DNA of 16,053 bases from a bacterium (GTDB taxonomy: Bacteria > Eisenbacteria > RBG-16-71-46): assembly GCA_043779265.1 (NCBI GenBank), contig JAYWEM010000174.1:1-16053 (forward strand). The letters run 5' to 3'. The notes beneath the pieces are model-generated. The model was not told the DNA's origin, did no database searches, and saw only the letters and a program-made list of their open reading frames with translations. The first letter of the stretch is position 1, and the number at the start of each line of letters is the position of its first letter. Positions 15,722 to 16,053 of the stretch are shown piece by piece. Made by a program: the position numbers and the translations under genes.

Positions 15722-15751
15722 ACCGTAGGCGGCGGCTGCAACGGGGGTCAA
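15722..15751 (-). promoter_or_regulatory. Candidate promoter for the methyltransferase-polA-coaE-repeat protein unit
   Basis: Minus strand TTGACC (15751-15746), 18 nt, TACGGT (15727-15722). Confidence 0.5.
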
Positions 15752-15771
15752 GACGCGGCAACCGCGCCGAG

Positions 15772-15798
15772 GTGGGCCGCAGTCGCTGCGTCACCCAC
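15772..15798 (-). terminator. GC-rich hairpin after the FlgD-domain gene, possible U-less terminator or 3' stabiliser
   Basis: GTGGG/CCCAC (15772-15776, 15794-15798) and CGCAG/CTGCG (15778-15782, 15786-15790) arms, 6 nt after the stop; no T-tract. Confidence 0.3.
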
Positions 15799-15804
15799 AG
15801 GGCT

Positions 15805-16053
15805 TCAGCGCGCGAGGATCATGCGCTGGACCAGCGTGTCCTCGCCGGCGATCAGGCGCAGCACATAGGCGCCCGAGGCGAGTGACTGGCCTTCGGCATC
15901 ACGCGGCTCCCACTCCAGCCGGTACTGGCCCGCCTCGCGCAGTCCCGAGGCCGGTGTCGCCACCCGGCGCCCAGCGATATCGAACACCTCGAGCCGCACC
16001 TGCGCGCGCGCCGGCAGCGAGAACTCGACCGCCGCGCGGTCGGTGACCGGATT
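15805..16053 (-). CDS. C-terminal 82 aa of a secreted protein with FlgD Ig-like / T9SS type A-like sorting domain (5' end outside window)
   Basis: Frame is open to the window edge: NPVTDRAAVEFSLPARAQVRLEVFDIAGRRVATPASGLREAGQYRLEWEPRDAEGQSLASGAYVLRLIAGEDTLVQRMILAR*, matching the NP...V.L.VFD..GR.V...G...W..RD..G...SG.Y pattern. Confidence 0.88.
   Translation of the reverse strand, partial: NPVTDRAAVEFSLPARAQVRLEVFDIAGRRVATPASGLREAGQYRLEWEPRDAEGQSLASGAYVLRLIAGEDTLVQRMILAR

Noticed and set aside
1..16053. CRISPR array, tRNA, rRNA or mobile element
   Set aside because: No regularly spaced repeats, cloverleaf or T-loop signatures, rRNA-like sequence or transposase ORFs were seen, and nearly all of the window is protein coding.

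Overview
GC-rich bacterial chromosomal window in which all credible genes lie on the minus strand. The long plus-strand ORFs in the track are antisense shadows. In transcription order (right to left) it contains: the 3' end of a secreted protein with an FlgD-Ig/T9SS-like C-terminal domain; a tightly coupled run of small SAM methyltransferase, polA, coaE and a 617-aa helical repeat protein; prfB (with the programmed +1 frameshift), phosphomanno/phosphoglucomutase and mpg; a FadL/PorV-like outer-membrane beta-barrel; a TonB-dependent receptor; and a large secreted acidic protein that runs off the left edge and is missing from the ORF track. The C-terminal domain style, GC content and receptor/partner pair suggest an FCB-related diderm such as Candidatus Eisenbacteria (inference). 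The most interesting items are the barrel + TonB receptor + non-SusD secreted partner module, a near-strict 43-residue TPR-like repeat, a recurring 18-bp promoter spacer, and a 19-bp inverted repeat that contains a promoter-like element.
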